In this document: piece after piece, positions 13,710 to 27,369 of the stretch
Numbering within the stretch: the first letter of the stretch is position 1
Layout: every line of letters starts with the position of its first letter
DNA from: Eledone cirrhosa
Taxonomy: Eukaryota
Direction of reading: 5' to 3'
DNA: 64,000 bases
Assembly: GCA_964016885.1 (NCBI GenBank)
Contig: OZ024741.1
Coordinates: 224,998,001 to 225,062,000, forward strand
Made by a program: the position numbers and the translations under genes
Notes under the pieces: generated by a model
What the model was told of the DNA's origin: nothing
The model's database searches: none
What the model saw: the letters and a program-made list of their open reading frames with translations, nothing else

Positions 13710-14484
13710 TAGCCTTTGTCAAGGCAGAATTCTAGGAGAAGGAAAACTCTGATATAACACCTGCAGTGCAGTGCCTTTGCTCACTATAAAAGCTTCACGG
13801 CACAGGCATTGCTTTATATCTGGAGATCTCTCTGCACTTGTCGTGACATGGTACCATGGGCCCAGCACTATGTGTCAATAATTGTCACAAGTGTAGTGTT
13901 TGTACCCGAGTTTTCAAGTCGCTGGCTGGACTGAAAAGTCACACTCGTTTAGCGCATCAGTAGGGGTTCTCCTACATGGATATAAAGTAGTGGCCGTACT
14001 CGAAAACGAGTTGGCAGCCACCATGTATCTATGTATGTATATATGTATGTATGAATGTATGCATGTATGTTGTATGCAGTGCAGTGCCTTTGCTCACTAT
14101 AAAAGCTTCACGGCACAGGCATTGCTTTATATCTGGAGATCTCTCTGCACTTGTCGTGACATGGTACCATGGGCCCAGCACTATGTGTCAATAATTGTCA
14201 CAAGTGTAGTGTTTGTACCAGAGTTTTCAAGTCGCAGGCTGGACTAAAAAGTCACACTCGTTCAGCGCATCGGTAGGAGTTCTCCTACATGGATATAAAG
14301 TAGTGGCCGTACTCGAAAACGAGTTGGCAGCCACCATGTATGTATGTATGTATGTATGTATGTATGTATGTATGTATGTATGTATGTATGTATGTATGTA
14401 TGTATGTATGTATGTATAAGTGTGTGTGTGTGTGTGTATATATACATATATGTATGTACGTCTCTCTGTCTGTCTGCATGTAGA

Positions 14485-14640
14485 CGGCGAATTGGCAGAG
14501 TTGTTAGAACGTGGGATAGAATGCTTTACGGTATTCGGTTTCGACTCTCTGCTCCCCGAGTTCAAATCCAGCTGAGGTCAACTTTGCCTTTCATCCTTTC
14601 GAGGTCGATAAAAAAGTACCAGTCTAGTACTGAGGTCGAT
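14485..14640 (+). mobile_element. tRNA-derived SINE (related subfamily)
   Basis: GGCGAATTGGCAGAG..GAGTTCAAATCC..GCCTTTCATCC..GTCGATAAA. Confidence 0.75.
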
Positions 14641-14984
14641 TCTTCCTCCATATCTCTTTCTCACTTCCTCACTTTCATCATCTATCCTTCTCTGGAAGAA
14701 ATCTGCTGCATTCAGACCTGGCGAGGGATGGGCTCCGCCAGGTTGAGAAAAGCGCCAGAAACGCCGTATTTCAATATAGCGCCTCTACTACTCCTTTAGC
14801 ACTTACGGGACCACACATCCATACATGCATGCATGCATATATGTATGTAGGTATGTATGTGTGTGTGTATGTGTGTATGTATATACATATATACATGTGT
14901 ATATGTATATATATGTATATACGTATATGCAAGTATACATATGTAGATATATGCGCATAGAAATAATCGGGCTGGACACCGGAT

Positions 14985-15298
14985 CGCGCGGTTAAACCAC
15001 TGGGAGTGAAGGACCCCTAGCCTTTGTCAGGACATTCTTCTAGGAGAAGGCAACTCAGGAAACTGGGAGAACTCCGACATAAAACCTGCGGCTCAGTAGT
15101 TACCGATGATGTTGATCTTTTCTTCTTTTCGGGTTATAGCTACTGTCGCTCAGAGAGTGGGATTGGCTCAGTGCACAGTCTTTTCTCACTTTAAAAAAAA
15201 TCTCCATGCACAGGCATTGCACGATGGCATTAATTGATAATTATTAATATTGTAATATTGTACAATGGCCATACTCGACAACGAGGGGGAAGCCATCG
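14985..15298 (+). mobile_element. Second non-autonomous RTE-derived family; also 25081-25117 and 25148-25392
   Basis: CTAGGAGAAGGCAACTCAGG; 3' end GGCCATACTCGA..CGAGGGGG..GCCATC followed by (TATG)n. Confidence 0.7.
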
Positions 15299-15509
15299 TG
15301 TATGTATGTATGCATGTATGTATGTTCTTCTGGTTTTATAATTTCACAAATTTTTGCCAATAGATAGAGTCGGTTTCTAACATAGACACAAGACTCTCTA
15401 ATTGGAATTTACACAACATCAACTAGGTAGATATGTGTGGATGTGTATGTTTTGAGTTGTATGTGTGCATGTGTATATGCTTTGCATCTGTATATGTGTA
15501 TATGCAGTT

Positions 15510-16230
15510 ATTAGATGCAACAATTTTGGAATGTTTTACCTATTTTTACTGTTCCATTAATGGATTGTACTTGTAATTTCATAACTAGTTGTGTTCTTTC
15601 TGTTCCTGTGAAGCCTAGCTTCTCAAGATTTGTATTGAGGCAGTTACTAACATATCCCAGTGCCCCAATAATCACAGGCATAAATCTGAAGGTGTAATCA
15701 GGCTGGAGTATCTGCAGATTTCTCATTAGTTCAGCATAACTAGATATGGATGTTATTGTATGTGCGGATGTGTATGTTTTGAGTTGTATGTGTGCATGTG
15801 TATATGCTTTGCATCTGTATATGTGTATATGCAGTTATTAGATGCAACATTTTTGGAATGTCTTACATATTTTTATTGTTCCATTAATGGATTGTACTTG
15901 TAATTTCCTAACTAGTTGTGTTCTTTCTGTTCCTGTGAAGCCTAGCTTCTCAAGATTTGTATTGAGGCAGTTACTAACATACCCCAGTGCCCCAATAATC
16001 ACAGGCATAAATCTGAAGGTATAATCAGGGTGGAGTATCTGCAGATTTCTCATCAGTTCTGCATAAATATTCTCCTTTTCGCTAATCTTTGATATTATAT
16101 TGGCATCTGCTGGACAGCTAATTTCCACTACTGTGAATGCTTTCTTCTCCCTGTCCCATATCATAATATCTGGTCTGTTATGCCTGCATTTTATTGGGGT
16201 TTTTACTGGAACACTCCACCAGTACCCTTT
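15510..16230 (-). pseudogene. Two tandem 3' RLE fragments of an R4/Dong-like LINE
   Basis: HNRPDIMIWD..VVEISCP..PVIIGALG. 15510-15740 duplicates 15837-16066 together with its flank. Confidence 0.8.
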
Positions 16231-16299
16231 CATGTATGTATGTATGTATGTATGTATGTATGTATGTATGTATGTATGTATGTATGTATGTATGTATAT

Positions 16300-19200
16300 A
16301 TCTCTTTCTCTTAATTTCGAGTATATTTTTTTGACCGACCACCTTCCTGGTGGCAAGGTTGTAAAAGAAAAGAAATTGTCATCCCTTGAATCGCAAGAAT
16401 GTTTTGCAAATTTTGAAGGTGCCAGCTATCGCAGCCATTTGTAGACTATGAATTAGGGAGCTGCGCTTTTTGTCCGCAAATCCAAGTTCAGTCATACTTT
16501 GGTCTAAGCGGGTTGGTATATAACCCGTAGCTCCAATAATGATGGGTATGAAGCTAAAGATGTATCTTGGATACTGGATTTGTAAACTCCTCATCAATGG
16601 TCCGTAGATGTCCTCCTTCTCCTGTATTTTTCTGACAACGTTTACATCAAGTGGGCAGCTGATCTCCACAACAGAACACGTTTTCAATGTGTGGTCCCAA
16701 ACAACAATATCAGGCCGGTTGTGCTTTAATTTGGTGGCAGTTTTTATTTTCAGGTTCCACCAGTATTCCTTAGTGCCATCTGTCTCAATATATTCCTCCT
16801 CGTTTGTTGTTAATTTTGTTTTCCGAAGTGCGTTCCAGATGGTTCTAGCTATCCCATCGTGTCTCATGGGGAGGTAGTAGCGAGATGACATTCTTTCGTC
16901 GCTGGCAACAATGTGGCTCACATCCTCGATCTTTGTTTTACATAGCCTACATTTATTGTCAGCTGCTGGCCCTGCTCTTTTGTGCAGCAGATATTTGGTA
17001 GGGATTTCTTGTTCCTGTATTGCATAGAGATATCCCTCAAGGTGTGATGTCATAAACTTGTCGGAACCCCATGCCAAGCTTTTTGAGTGGTTTATCCCCT
17101 CTATGGTCTGTGTTTTACGTCTCAAGTATCCATGCACAACTTTTTCTGTAAATTGGTCAATTTTTTTATCTTGTTTGAACATTGAATAGGATCTTCCGAT
17201 TTCTCTGGGTGAAAGATTTATATCAGGCTTTATTCCATATCTCTCTTCCAGATCAGTCGCTATTCTAATGATATTTTTTTTTCATGCTCATAAACCTGGG
17301 CAAGATGGTTGCCAACCTTTTTCCTCTGTTGAAGGTGTTGCTTCAGTGTTACTATCCGGGTCTCATATGTTGTTAATATTGATTTTAGACCCCGGCCACC
17401 TTCCTTGCGTGAGAAGTATAGCCTATCCACATCACCATTGATGTTAAAGTTCCCAGTAACACTGAGAAGTTTGCGAGTTCTAACATCCATCTCACTTAGT
17501 TCTTGCAATGACCAGTTCAGCAGGCCAAATGTTGGCGTTAGAATTGGCACAGCATAAGTATTGTGGGCAATGTATTTGTTGTATGCTGACAGTTCTGATG
17601 ACCATATTTTCTTTACTCTTCTGAGGTATTCAGTTCTGGTTCTCTCCTTATTTATGGGTCCATCATATCTGACATTCTCATCCTGTCCAAGATATCTGTA
17701 GTTGTCACCTGACTGTAGAGGTTGTATTGTCAGGCCGTTCATCTCTAGATTTCTAGAGGTGGGCTCAGCTCTTCCACGTTTTACTGCCAAATATGCACCC
17801 TTGGACTCACCAAATTTCATTTTGATGTCGGTTGAAAATTGTGTAATGAGGTCCAATTGTTTCTTGATGTCATTGATATTTGGCCCATACAACTTCAAGT
17901 CATCAACAAAGAAAAGATGGGAGATACTTCTGGACACACTTCTTTGTCCACCTTGTTTCCTGAGTAGGTAAGATAGTGGATTCAGTGAGAGAACGAAGAG
18001 TAGCACTGACAAGCTATCACCCTGAAAGATGCCCTTCTGGTAATGTATCTTATCAGTCTTAACTTGCTCCTTCTCACCTCTAAGGATCAAATTGGTGTAC
18101 CAGTTCTTGGTCAGGCGTTCAACAGCAGCTACCAATGGTTGTGGGGCTTTGGCTAACTGTAAAGCCTTAATAATCCACCCATGAGGTACACTATGAAATG
18201 CTTTTTGATAGTCCAGCCACACCACAGTCATGTTTCTGCGATTCTTTGTTGTTTTTTCCTGAATCATTTTGTTAGTTAGTAGGTGATCTATGCAACCCCA
18301 CACCTCTCTCTTTCCACCAGCTTGCTCAGGTGTTATGATGTTGTTGGTAGCACAGTGATCCTGTAAGAACAGGTTAAGGCACCCAGTATATAATTTATAC
18401 ATGATGTTTTGGCAGGCTATTGGGCGGTAATTTTTAGCAAGGGTGGTTTGGCTATTTTGGGAAATGAGGAGAGTAGTGGCAGTTGATAACCATCTGGGCA
18501 GTTCTTGTATGCCTTTAATGGTTTCTGTAAACAGCCGTATGAGATCTTGCCGATAGAAAGTGAAATTCTTCAGCCAGTATCCTGTAATGAGGTCTGGGCC
18601 TGGCGATTTCCTATTCGACATTTTCTGTCGAGCTGTTTCCAGTATTGACCCATCTATCTCATATTGTTTTGTCTGGACATGTTGGCAGTAGTCCTGTTCC
18701 AGTTCTTTTAGCCAATTAGTTTGTCTGTTGAATCCGTCATCCGTTTCCCATACAGATCTCCAGTAGCTCTCAACCTGTTCTTTTGAAGCGGTGTCATTTA
18801 CAGGGATTGTGCTTTTGCCACCGAAGCTGCGATAAACTGATTTAGGATCTCTGGCAAACAATCTATTTAGCACTTGTCGTTTATGTGCTGTTGACTTATA
18901 TTTTAGTCTTTCTGTTGTAGCTGTGAGTTGTTGTTTCAACTGGTGTAATTTGGAGTTCAAAGTTTTAAATTTTGTATCTCCAAATCGTCTCTCTAACTTT
19001 TTTTTTTAGGTCTTCCTGGTGTCGTGTGAAGTTGCTCTCTATGTTGCATTTCATAACGACTGCGATGTGTGAGATACTTCGTCTCAGGGACAAAATTTTG
19101 GTTTTTAAATTTCGCATCCACGCTGGTTCAGGCTTTCTGTTTGTATCTTGATTTCGTGGTTTTATATGTGTGTTATATGATAGCAATGTGACAGCTGAAA

Positions 19201-20040
19201 CATATAACAAAATATTAAGCGTTTCAAATGTCGTTTCTACACCTTTAGATCGTATAGCCTTCAGATAATTTAGCCTTTGCATAAAACCGAACTTTTGGGG
19301 TTCAGATTGTTTGTATGCTTCATATAATTCTTTGTTAAGCTCGTAGCTCCACTGTATACAACGGTTGTAGTTGCGATTTGGTCGAAGGAGACTTGTACTT
19401 TTTGCCATGATGAGTTCGTCTATTCACTAATATTTCGTATTTATTGTTCAAAATAGTCGATGATCTTCTTTAAAAGTTTCGACAAAGTTCTGTCAGAATC
19501 AAATTTAAAGTTATTCACAGCTTGGGTAATATTTCTTTTCAGTTAGTTTTTAATTCTACAACTGTGTTTTAAACGTTGTTCTTGAATAGTTTGAATCGAG
19601 AACAAAAAGAACCGTTACTTAGTATATTTCTTTATGAATGTAATATAATATAACAACGCTGTATTTATATGTTAAACTTTATGTATCATTCATATAAATA
19701 GGTGTTCTACAACTTATTCACAACATATTCACAGTTCAAGCACTTATGTTTTTGTTTCTGAATCGAAAACGTTACTTGTATATTTCTTTATAAATGTAAT
19801 ATAACAACGTTGCATTTCTATGTTAAAGTGTATGTATCGTTCATATATCATAAGTGTATGTATCGTTCATATAAATAGGTGTTTTACAACACACTTACAG
19901 TTCAAATACTTATGAAGAATTATTGTATGTAATCTTACCGCGTAATGTAACTCAACTTTTTCCAATATATGGTATGTTGCCTTCATGTAAGCCGTAATTA
20001 CACACGTCCGATTATCGGACACTGACCACAACGGTCGCCA
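16300..20040 (-). mobile_element. Near full-length, disrupted R4/Dong-like (RLE-type) non-LTR retrotransposon
   Basis: RT: KSPGPD, NYRPIAC, GIFQGDSLS, FFVDDLK, RKEGGRGL. CRLC..H knuckle, RHD and NRPD..EISCP RLE. ORF split into 18965-19408, 17260-18960 and 16379-17182. (TATG)n on both flanks. Confidence 0.9.
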
Positions 20041-20124
20041 TTATATGTGTATGTATGTATGTATGTATGTATGTATGTATGTATGTATGTATGTATGTAT
20101 GTATGTATGTATGTATGTATGTGA

Positions 20125-20480
20125 GGAAGCGCATAAAGCGAAGGCACATGGCTTAGTAGTTATGGAATTCAGCTCCGATCGTAAGGTCGTGAGATCTTTT
20201 CCTGGCGACGCGCTGTGTCCTTGAGTAAGTCACATAATTTTACCATGCCATTCAGTTAGCAAAATTAGTAAAATTCAGTTAGCAAAAATAAGTCATAATT
20301 ATAGTTCAAAGATCAAGCTTTGTCATACACTGTGTTACATTGAAACTCCTCGGGAACTACGTTAAGGGTCCACGTGTCTGTGGGATCCTCAGTCACTTTC
20401 ACGTTAATATCATCAGCAGGCTGTTTCGTTGATCAAATATCTGGAACTCACGTTGTCAGAACCGACAAATGTACAACATA
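20125..20480 (+). mobile_element. Second tRNA-derived SINE family; related minus-strand copies at ~12400-12580 and ~49700-50030
   Basis: TGGCTTAGTAGTTA A box followed by TGTGTCCTTGAG core. Confidence 0.6.
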
Positions 20481-20662
20481 GGAATGTACTTACGTATGTA
20501 TGTATGTATGTATGTATGTATGTATGTATGTATGTATGTATGTATGTATGTATGTATGTATGTATGTATGTATGTATGTATGTGTGTGTGTATATGTGTA
20601 TGTGTGTATGTATGTATGTATGTATGTATGTATGTATGTATGTATGTATGTATGTATGTATG

Positions 20663-21269
20663 TCAGGTCACCAGTTGGTGCTACTGGTAACATGTATCCC
20701 AGTACAACCTGTCTCATGGTCGGGTCGTTGGCGACTAAACTGGCAACCCCACCAAGGTTTCTTGGTGAGGAGGGTGACTTTGGACATCCTGCAGGACTAA
20801 AAACAAAACCTGTCAAAGGGCAAAGGAGCTCTTAAGAGTCAATGGCCATCCAAAATCACTGGGAGAGATGACCCCTTAGCCTTTGTCAAGGCAGAATTCT
20901 AGGAGAAGGAAAACTCTGATATAACACCTGCAACCCTGATGGTGTCCAATGATGTTGACTTGTTCTTCTTTTTGTTAAATATCATCTTGGTTAAGAGAGT
21001 GGGACTGGCTTTGTGCAGTGCCTTTGCTCACTATAAAAGCTTCACGGCACAGGCATTGCTTTGTATCTGGAGATCTCTCTGCACTTGTCGTCACATGGTA
21101 CCATGGGCCCAGCACTATGTGTCAATAATTGTCACAAGTGTAGTGTTTGTACCAGAGTTTTCAAGTCGCTGGCTGGACTAAAAAGTCACACTCGTTCAGC
21201 GCATCGGTAGGGGTTCTCCTATATGGATATAAAGTAGTGGCCGTACTCGAAAACGAGTTGGCAGCCACC
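20663..21269 (+). mobile_element. Longest copy of the non-autonomous RTE-derived element
   Basis: Same 410-bp body as 10621-11029 plus about 200 bp of extra 5' sequence; (TATG)n on both sides. Confidence 0.8.
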
Positions 21270-21273
21270 ATGT

Positions 21274-21281
21274 ATGTATGT

Positions 21282-21316
<35 letters not shown>

Positions 21317-24300
21317 CCAATTCAATGATGTTCCAGAACAATATAAAAGAGATAATTGGCAATTTAGGTTCTGGAACAAAAAAGATAATTGGCAATAAGG
21401 GCAGGGGCCCCAGGTTATCACAGCCTGGGCTCGCTCGTCATCGTGCCATTGTAATAGAGCCAAACAAGGCATTTAATCTTGGCTGCTGGAACGTACGGAT
21501 GCTGCTTGACAGGGATTCCTTGGAGCGTCCTGAACGAAGGACAGCTCTTGTTGCAAAGGAGCTTCGACGTTTCGATCTTGACATCGTGGCTTTATCTGAG
21601 ACGAGGTTAGCTGGAGATGGTCATCTTACGGAATTTTGTGGAGAATATACATTCTTCTGGAAAGGAAGAGATGAAGGAACCAGAAGAGAGGCTGGGGTAG
21701 GATTTGCTGTTAAGACTATACTTGTGAATAAATTAGAAGAATTCCCAGTAGGGATTAGTGAGCGTCTTATGTCCATGAGAGTTCCGCTGGACAAAGGAAG
21801 ATATGCTACCCTGGTGAGTGTGTATGCTCCAACTATGAATTCTGTCGATGAAGAAAAAGTGTCATTTTACCATGCCTTGAAAGGTGTTTTAAGAAATATC
21901 CCTCAGGCAGACAAAGTCATCGTGCTTGGTGACTTTAATGCTAGAGTGGGTAGGGATTTTAACACATGGAATGTAATCGGAAGGCATGGGGTGGGAAAGT
22001 GTAACAACAATGGTATGCTCCTGCTGCAGATGTGTGAGGAGCTGGATCTGTGTGTTACCAACACCATGTTCCAACAAAAGAACACATGGATGCATCCTGC
22101 ATCTAAGGAATGGCATCTTTTGGACTACGTCCTAGTCAGGATGCGTGACAGACAGGATGTGCAGTGTGTTCGTGCTCTTCGTGGAGCTGAGTGCTGGACG
22201 GACTACCGCCTGGTACGCGCAAAAGTGAAACTAATCACTAAACGTAAAATCCGGGCTCCTGGTGTTGCCCTGCCCAAAAGATTGAATGCTGCTCGTCTTA
22301 AGGATAAACATGTGAAGAGGACATTGGAAGAAGAGATACAGGCTGCAGATCTTGGTGAGGATTGGCCGACCCTTAAAAAGTCGGTTTATGATGTAGGCAG
22401 GCGTGTTCTGGGATTGGTGCAGAGAAAACATCAGGACTGGTTTAATGAGAATGATGTACATATAGAAGACTTGTTGGCTGATAAGAGGCGTGCTCTGTCA
22501 CGCTACTTGACGGCAAAACCACAGGAGAGGAATACGTTGCATGAGGAACTCAGGGATGTAAAATCACGTGTTACGCGGAGTCTTTCTCAGATGAAGGATC
22601 AGTGGTGGAGTGAGAAGGCTGGTGAGATACAAACTGCGTCAGATTCCAATAACACAAAGCTGCTGTACAGTCTCTTGCGTGAGGTTTATGGACCGTCTTC
22701 TTCTTTGGTGACACCGCTTCGCAGCAAGGATGGCAAAGAACTTCTTCGTGACTCACAAGGAATTCTACGAAGGTGGCGAGAGCACTTTGATGATCTTTTG
22801 AATCAGCCGTCTGTCGTCAGTGAAGATTTCCTCAATCTCATTCCAGAAAGTCCTGTGAATGTAGCTCTCGCAGAACCTCCGACGCTTGTGGAGGTTGCAG
22901 TGGCTATTTCGAAGCTGAACAGTGGAAGATCTCCAGGTATGGATGGCATACATGCTGAGCTCCTACAATATGGTGGTGAGAGACTCCTGCAACATCTTCA
23001 CTCTTTGTTTGGCAGGATATGGGCTAATGAATCCGTACCTGAGGACTGGAGAGATGCAGTAATGGTGGTCTTGTACAAGGGAATGGGTAACAGGAATGAT
23101 TGTGGGAACTACAGAGGTATATCATTGCTTTCTGTCGTAGGGAAAGTTTTATGTATGGTGCTTCTGGACCGTCTGCTGACACACATTGCAGATTGTGTTC
23201 TTCCTGAAAGTCAATCTGGTTTTCGTGCTGGACGCGGCACTACTGATATGATCTTCTCAGCTAGACAGCTCCAGGAGAAGTGCATGGAACAAGGCTTGGA
23301 TCTGTATCAGGTTTTTGTCGATCTGACAAAAGCTTTCGATACTGTTAACAGAGATGCATTATGGAAGGTTCTCCAGAAACTTGGTTGCCCTGATAAGTTC
23401 CTTGCTTTAGTTAGGTCTTTCCATGACGACATGAAGGCTTGGGTTAATGTCGGAGGTAACATGTCGGAGCCTATCTCAGTAAAAAATGGAGTGAAACAGG
23501 AGGATATTCCAGCACCGACCCTATTTGCCATATATTTTGCAATGGTTTTCTGCATTGCATTCAGGAATTGCGAGCATGGTGTTTACATCCGATATCGAAC
23601 CTCAGGCAGCATATTTAACATCAGGCGCTTTGCTGCGAAGACAAAAGTATTTACATCAATCATAAGAGACCTCTTGTATGCAGATGATTGCGATCTTGTA
23701 GCGCACACAGAGAGTGATATGAAGCACATTTTGAATGCATTTTCTGACGCTTGCACTGCCTTAGGATTGACTGTCAGTCTCAAGAAAACCGTTGTCATGT
23801 ACCAACCTGCCCCTGGTAAGCAGTACACTGAACCAAACATCTATGTGTATGGCAAACGAGTTGGAGTGCTTGATCAGTTTGTCTACCTGGGAAGCACTGT
23901 CAATCGATACAGCAACCTTGACAGTGAAATCTCACTTAGGATTAGGAAAGCAAGTGATGCTTTCGGAAAGCTAGAAAGGCGACTCTGGGGTCGGCGAGAC
24001 ATATGCAGGAGGACAAAGGTAAAGGTGTACAGGGCATGTGTGCTCTCTTGTCTTCTTTATGCCTGCGAGACCTGGGTCACATATCGACACCACCTTAAGC
24101 AATTGGAGCGTTTCCATCAGATGTGTCTCAGACGGATCCATGGCTTTCACTGGAGGGACCACATCAGTGATGTCGAGATTTTGGAAAGCTCTATGTGTGA
24201 CAGTATAGAAGCTCTTGTGCTTAAGCAACGACACCGTTGGAGTGGTCACCTTGCCAGGATGAAGGATTCTAGAATACCAAAACAACTCTTTTATGGAGAG

Positions 24301-24858
24301 TTGGTTAAAGGAAAACGACCGCCACATAAACCAAATAAGAGGTATAAGGATTCCTTGAAAGCTTCTCTGAAAGACGCTAACATCTCTGCTGATACATGGG
24401 AAAATATTGCTGCTGATCGTAATAAATGGAGAAAGACTGTATATGAGGGGAAAGTTGCCTTTGAGGCATCTCGAATCGCATACGAGAGAGTAAAGCGGGA
24501 TGTGAGGAAGGGCATTGCTGTTGCACTTCCAGACGGCGAGGGTCCTCCTATGGTGCTGACATGCAGCGTCTGTGCGAGACTCTGCCTAAGCAAAGCTGGA
24601 CTCGAAAGTCATCTTCGCAGTCATAAAGTAAGACCAGTGGTTGACTACCAAGCTGCTGTTGAAGATGCTACTCATCATGCTTGCCAAACATGTGGTAGAG
24701 AATGTAAATCAGCAGGAGGGCTCAAGCGACATGCAAAAGTACATGAACTCCAACCACAGCCGACTATTCCCAGTGAATGTTTTGGTTGCCGACTCTGTGC
24801 AAGACATTTTAGATCATTGGCTGGGCTAAAAAGCCACATTCGATCGCAGCGCTGTTAG
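21274..24858 (+). CDS. RTE-clade LINE ORF: APE endonuclease + reverse transcriptase + three C2H2 zinc fingers (true start probably downstream of the poly-T)
   Basis: WNVR, ALSETR, SVYAPT, GDFNARVG; QSGFR, FVDLTKAFD, LLYADD, YLGS; CxxC..LxxH fingers at the C-terminus. Frame open throughout. Confidence 0.95.
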
Positions 24859-25400
24859 TTGCTATGGTGTGTGTGTGTGTATAGATATGCTTATGTGTGT
24901 GCGTGCATGTGTATATATATATGTATATGTATATTATTATTGTTGTTGTCGTTATTATTATTGTTGTTATTATTATTATTATTATTATTGTTATTAATGT
25001 ATGTGTGTGTGTGTGTGTATGTATATATATATATATATATATTTTTTTTATTTGTTTATTAATTTTTTTTTTCTCCTCGTGCAATGGCCATACTCGATAA
25101 CGAGGGGGCAGCCATCATGTATGTATGTATGTATCTATGTATGTAGGGGCATACTTCTAGGAGAAGGCAACTCAGGAAACTGGGATAACTCCGATATAAA
25201 ACCTGCGGCTCAGTAATTAGCGATGATGTTGATCTTTTCTTCTTTTCGGGTTATAGCTACTTGGCTCAGTGCACAGTCTTTCCTCACTTTAAAAAATATC
25301 TTCACGCACAGGCATTGCACGATAGAATTAATTAATAATTATTAATAATGGTATAACATGCAATGGCCATACTCGATAACGAGGGGGCAGCTATGATATG

Positions 25401-25462
<62 letters not shown>

Positions 25463-25539
25463 CATACAGTGGGCGTTATATATATACATATATATGTATA
25501 TATATATATATATATATATAAAAATATAAATATATATGC

Positions 25540-25571
<32 letters not shown>

Positions 25572-25614
25572 GCATATACAGTATATATGCATATATATAT
25601 ACAAATATATATGC

Positions 25615-25645
<31 letters not shown>

Positions 25646-25834
25646 ACCATACTCTACTACCCCAAGTATCGAGTACTCTGGTGAGTAATGGTCTAACCAA
25701 CCAGTTTCTTACAGAATTCATCTTGATTTATATATATATGTGTGTGTGTGTGTGTTTGTCTGTGTTTGTGTATGTATGTATATATGTGTGTGTGTGTGTG
25801 TGCGTGTATATGTTTGCGTGTGTATGCATATAGA

Positions 25835-25950
25835 GCCAGACAAAACGTTGACGATAGTAAGTTAACAATAATGGATTGCGCAACAATCTGCAATGCATGT
25901 AAGGTGGTCTGTAAATCTATCGGCGGATTAAAACGACACAGTATGTTTCT
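25835..25950 (+). pseudogene. RTE C-terminal C2H2 finger fragment
   Basis: CNACKVVCKSIGGLKRH resembles CQTCGRECKSAGGLKRH of the upstream RTE. Confidence 0.5.
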
Positions 25951-26329
25951 CACTTAAAGTGTCGTCTGCTGTAGTGTGTACCAACGCCTACATGTCTTTG
26001 ACAGTCTCTCGCTTTACCTGTCACTACTCTTACACTAACTTGTTCTCTCCATCTGTCTCGTTCTTTCATCTTTTCATTTTCTTTAAACTACACAAACTGC
26101 CACTCACTCTGTCTGTCAGACTGTCAAAATACACTTATGCATATAACTGTGCACATATGCAACTTTGTTTGTATGCCATGCAGTGACACTACCTACAACA
26201 CGATTCAATTAATTTGCTTGTCATTGTCTTCTGCGGACACGCGTGGCCAACCACCATCTTGTATATATGTTTGTTTCATTTTTCTTAATTCTGTGTTGAT
26301 TTTGACTGGTTACTTTCCCGGTGGCGTTC

Positions 26330-26780
26330 TTGAAGAAAAATAAATTTCCGTCGACCCTTGTACAGCCGTTGATCCTTTGAAACAGATTCCGAAGGTTGCA
26401 GATATCGTGGCGATTTGTAGCTTATGAATTTATAAACTGTATTCTTTCGCCAAGAATTCATGTTCTGTCATATTTTTGTCCCGGCAGGCTGGAATATATC
26501 CTGTAGCTCCAATAATGATAGGTATGAAACTGAATATGTATTTTGAATACTGGATTTACAAACTCTCCGTCAATACTCCCTAGATATTCTCCTTCTCTTG
26601 TACCTTTGTTGCTTCATTAACACTGTGTGAGCAACTGACTTCTAGAATACAGAATGTTTTTATCTCTGGTCCCAACTACAAAATCATTAATTTGGTGGCA
26701 GTTTTTATATTTAGATCAACATTCATTTGAGTCATCAATCTCAATATGCTCATCCCTATTTGTTCATATATTCGTCTTCC
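26330..26780 (-). pseudogene. Decayed R4/Dong-like RLE 3' fragment
   Basis: Nucleotide similarity to 16380-16810 (gtagctccaataatgat.ggtatgaa, aatttggtggcagttttta). Confidence 0.7.
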
Positions 26781-27273
26781 GTTCGCCATCCTAACCATCT
26801 CTTCTACGTCTTTGATATAGATACCTCCTCCGCCTTGTGTGGTATTTTTTTCTTGGTTGTAAGAGGCTTAGCTCTGTTTCTTGACCGCTGTATCACGTGA
26901 TTGACTCCCCCTCCGCCTTTCGGGATTCTATCTAGCGTCCTGCGGACGTGTTTTGAAACTCTAAATGAGGTATCCTCTTGATAAGTCGGCAAACCTCACA
27001 AAAATACTGCATCTCCGTGATGTAGTGTTTTTGCATAATAAGCCACGAAACTACGTAGTCGAGGAGTAGTGAAGAAATTTGGGTATGGTATATCTTATTA
27101 ATTATATATAATGTTTCTTCTTTCTTTATAATGTATTATATATTATATATCTAATATACAACACACACACACATACATATATATATGTAAAAGGTATACA
27201 GAAATAACAACACAATCAGTACAGTATATGGAAGGAATATATTAGGTTAACGCTTGAAATAGCAGGAAGAGGG

Positions 27274-27309
27274 TCTTAACGTTTCGGACGCTAATCCTTC
27301 ATCAGAAGA
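27274..27309 (-). ncRNA. Minimal Penelope-type hammerhead motif; decayed relatives at ~11473-11510 and ~29601-29635
   Basis: TCTT-CTGATGA-A-GGAT-TAGC-GTCC-GAAA-CG-TT-AAGA. Confidence 0.7.
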
Positions 27310-27369
27310 AAGAATGAGAAATTAGAAAGGTTGAAGGGACGGGCGGGGTGTCTGCGGTTATGAACAGGA

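Noticed and set aside
20001-20040. HDV-like ribozyme at the 5' end of the R4-like element
   Set aside because: Only two small hairpins are visible; I could not assemble the double pseudoknot.
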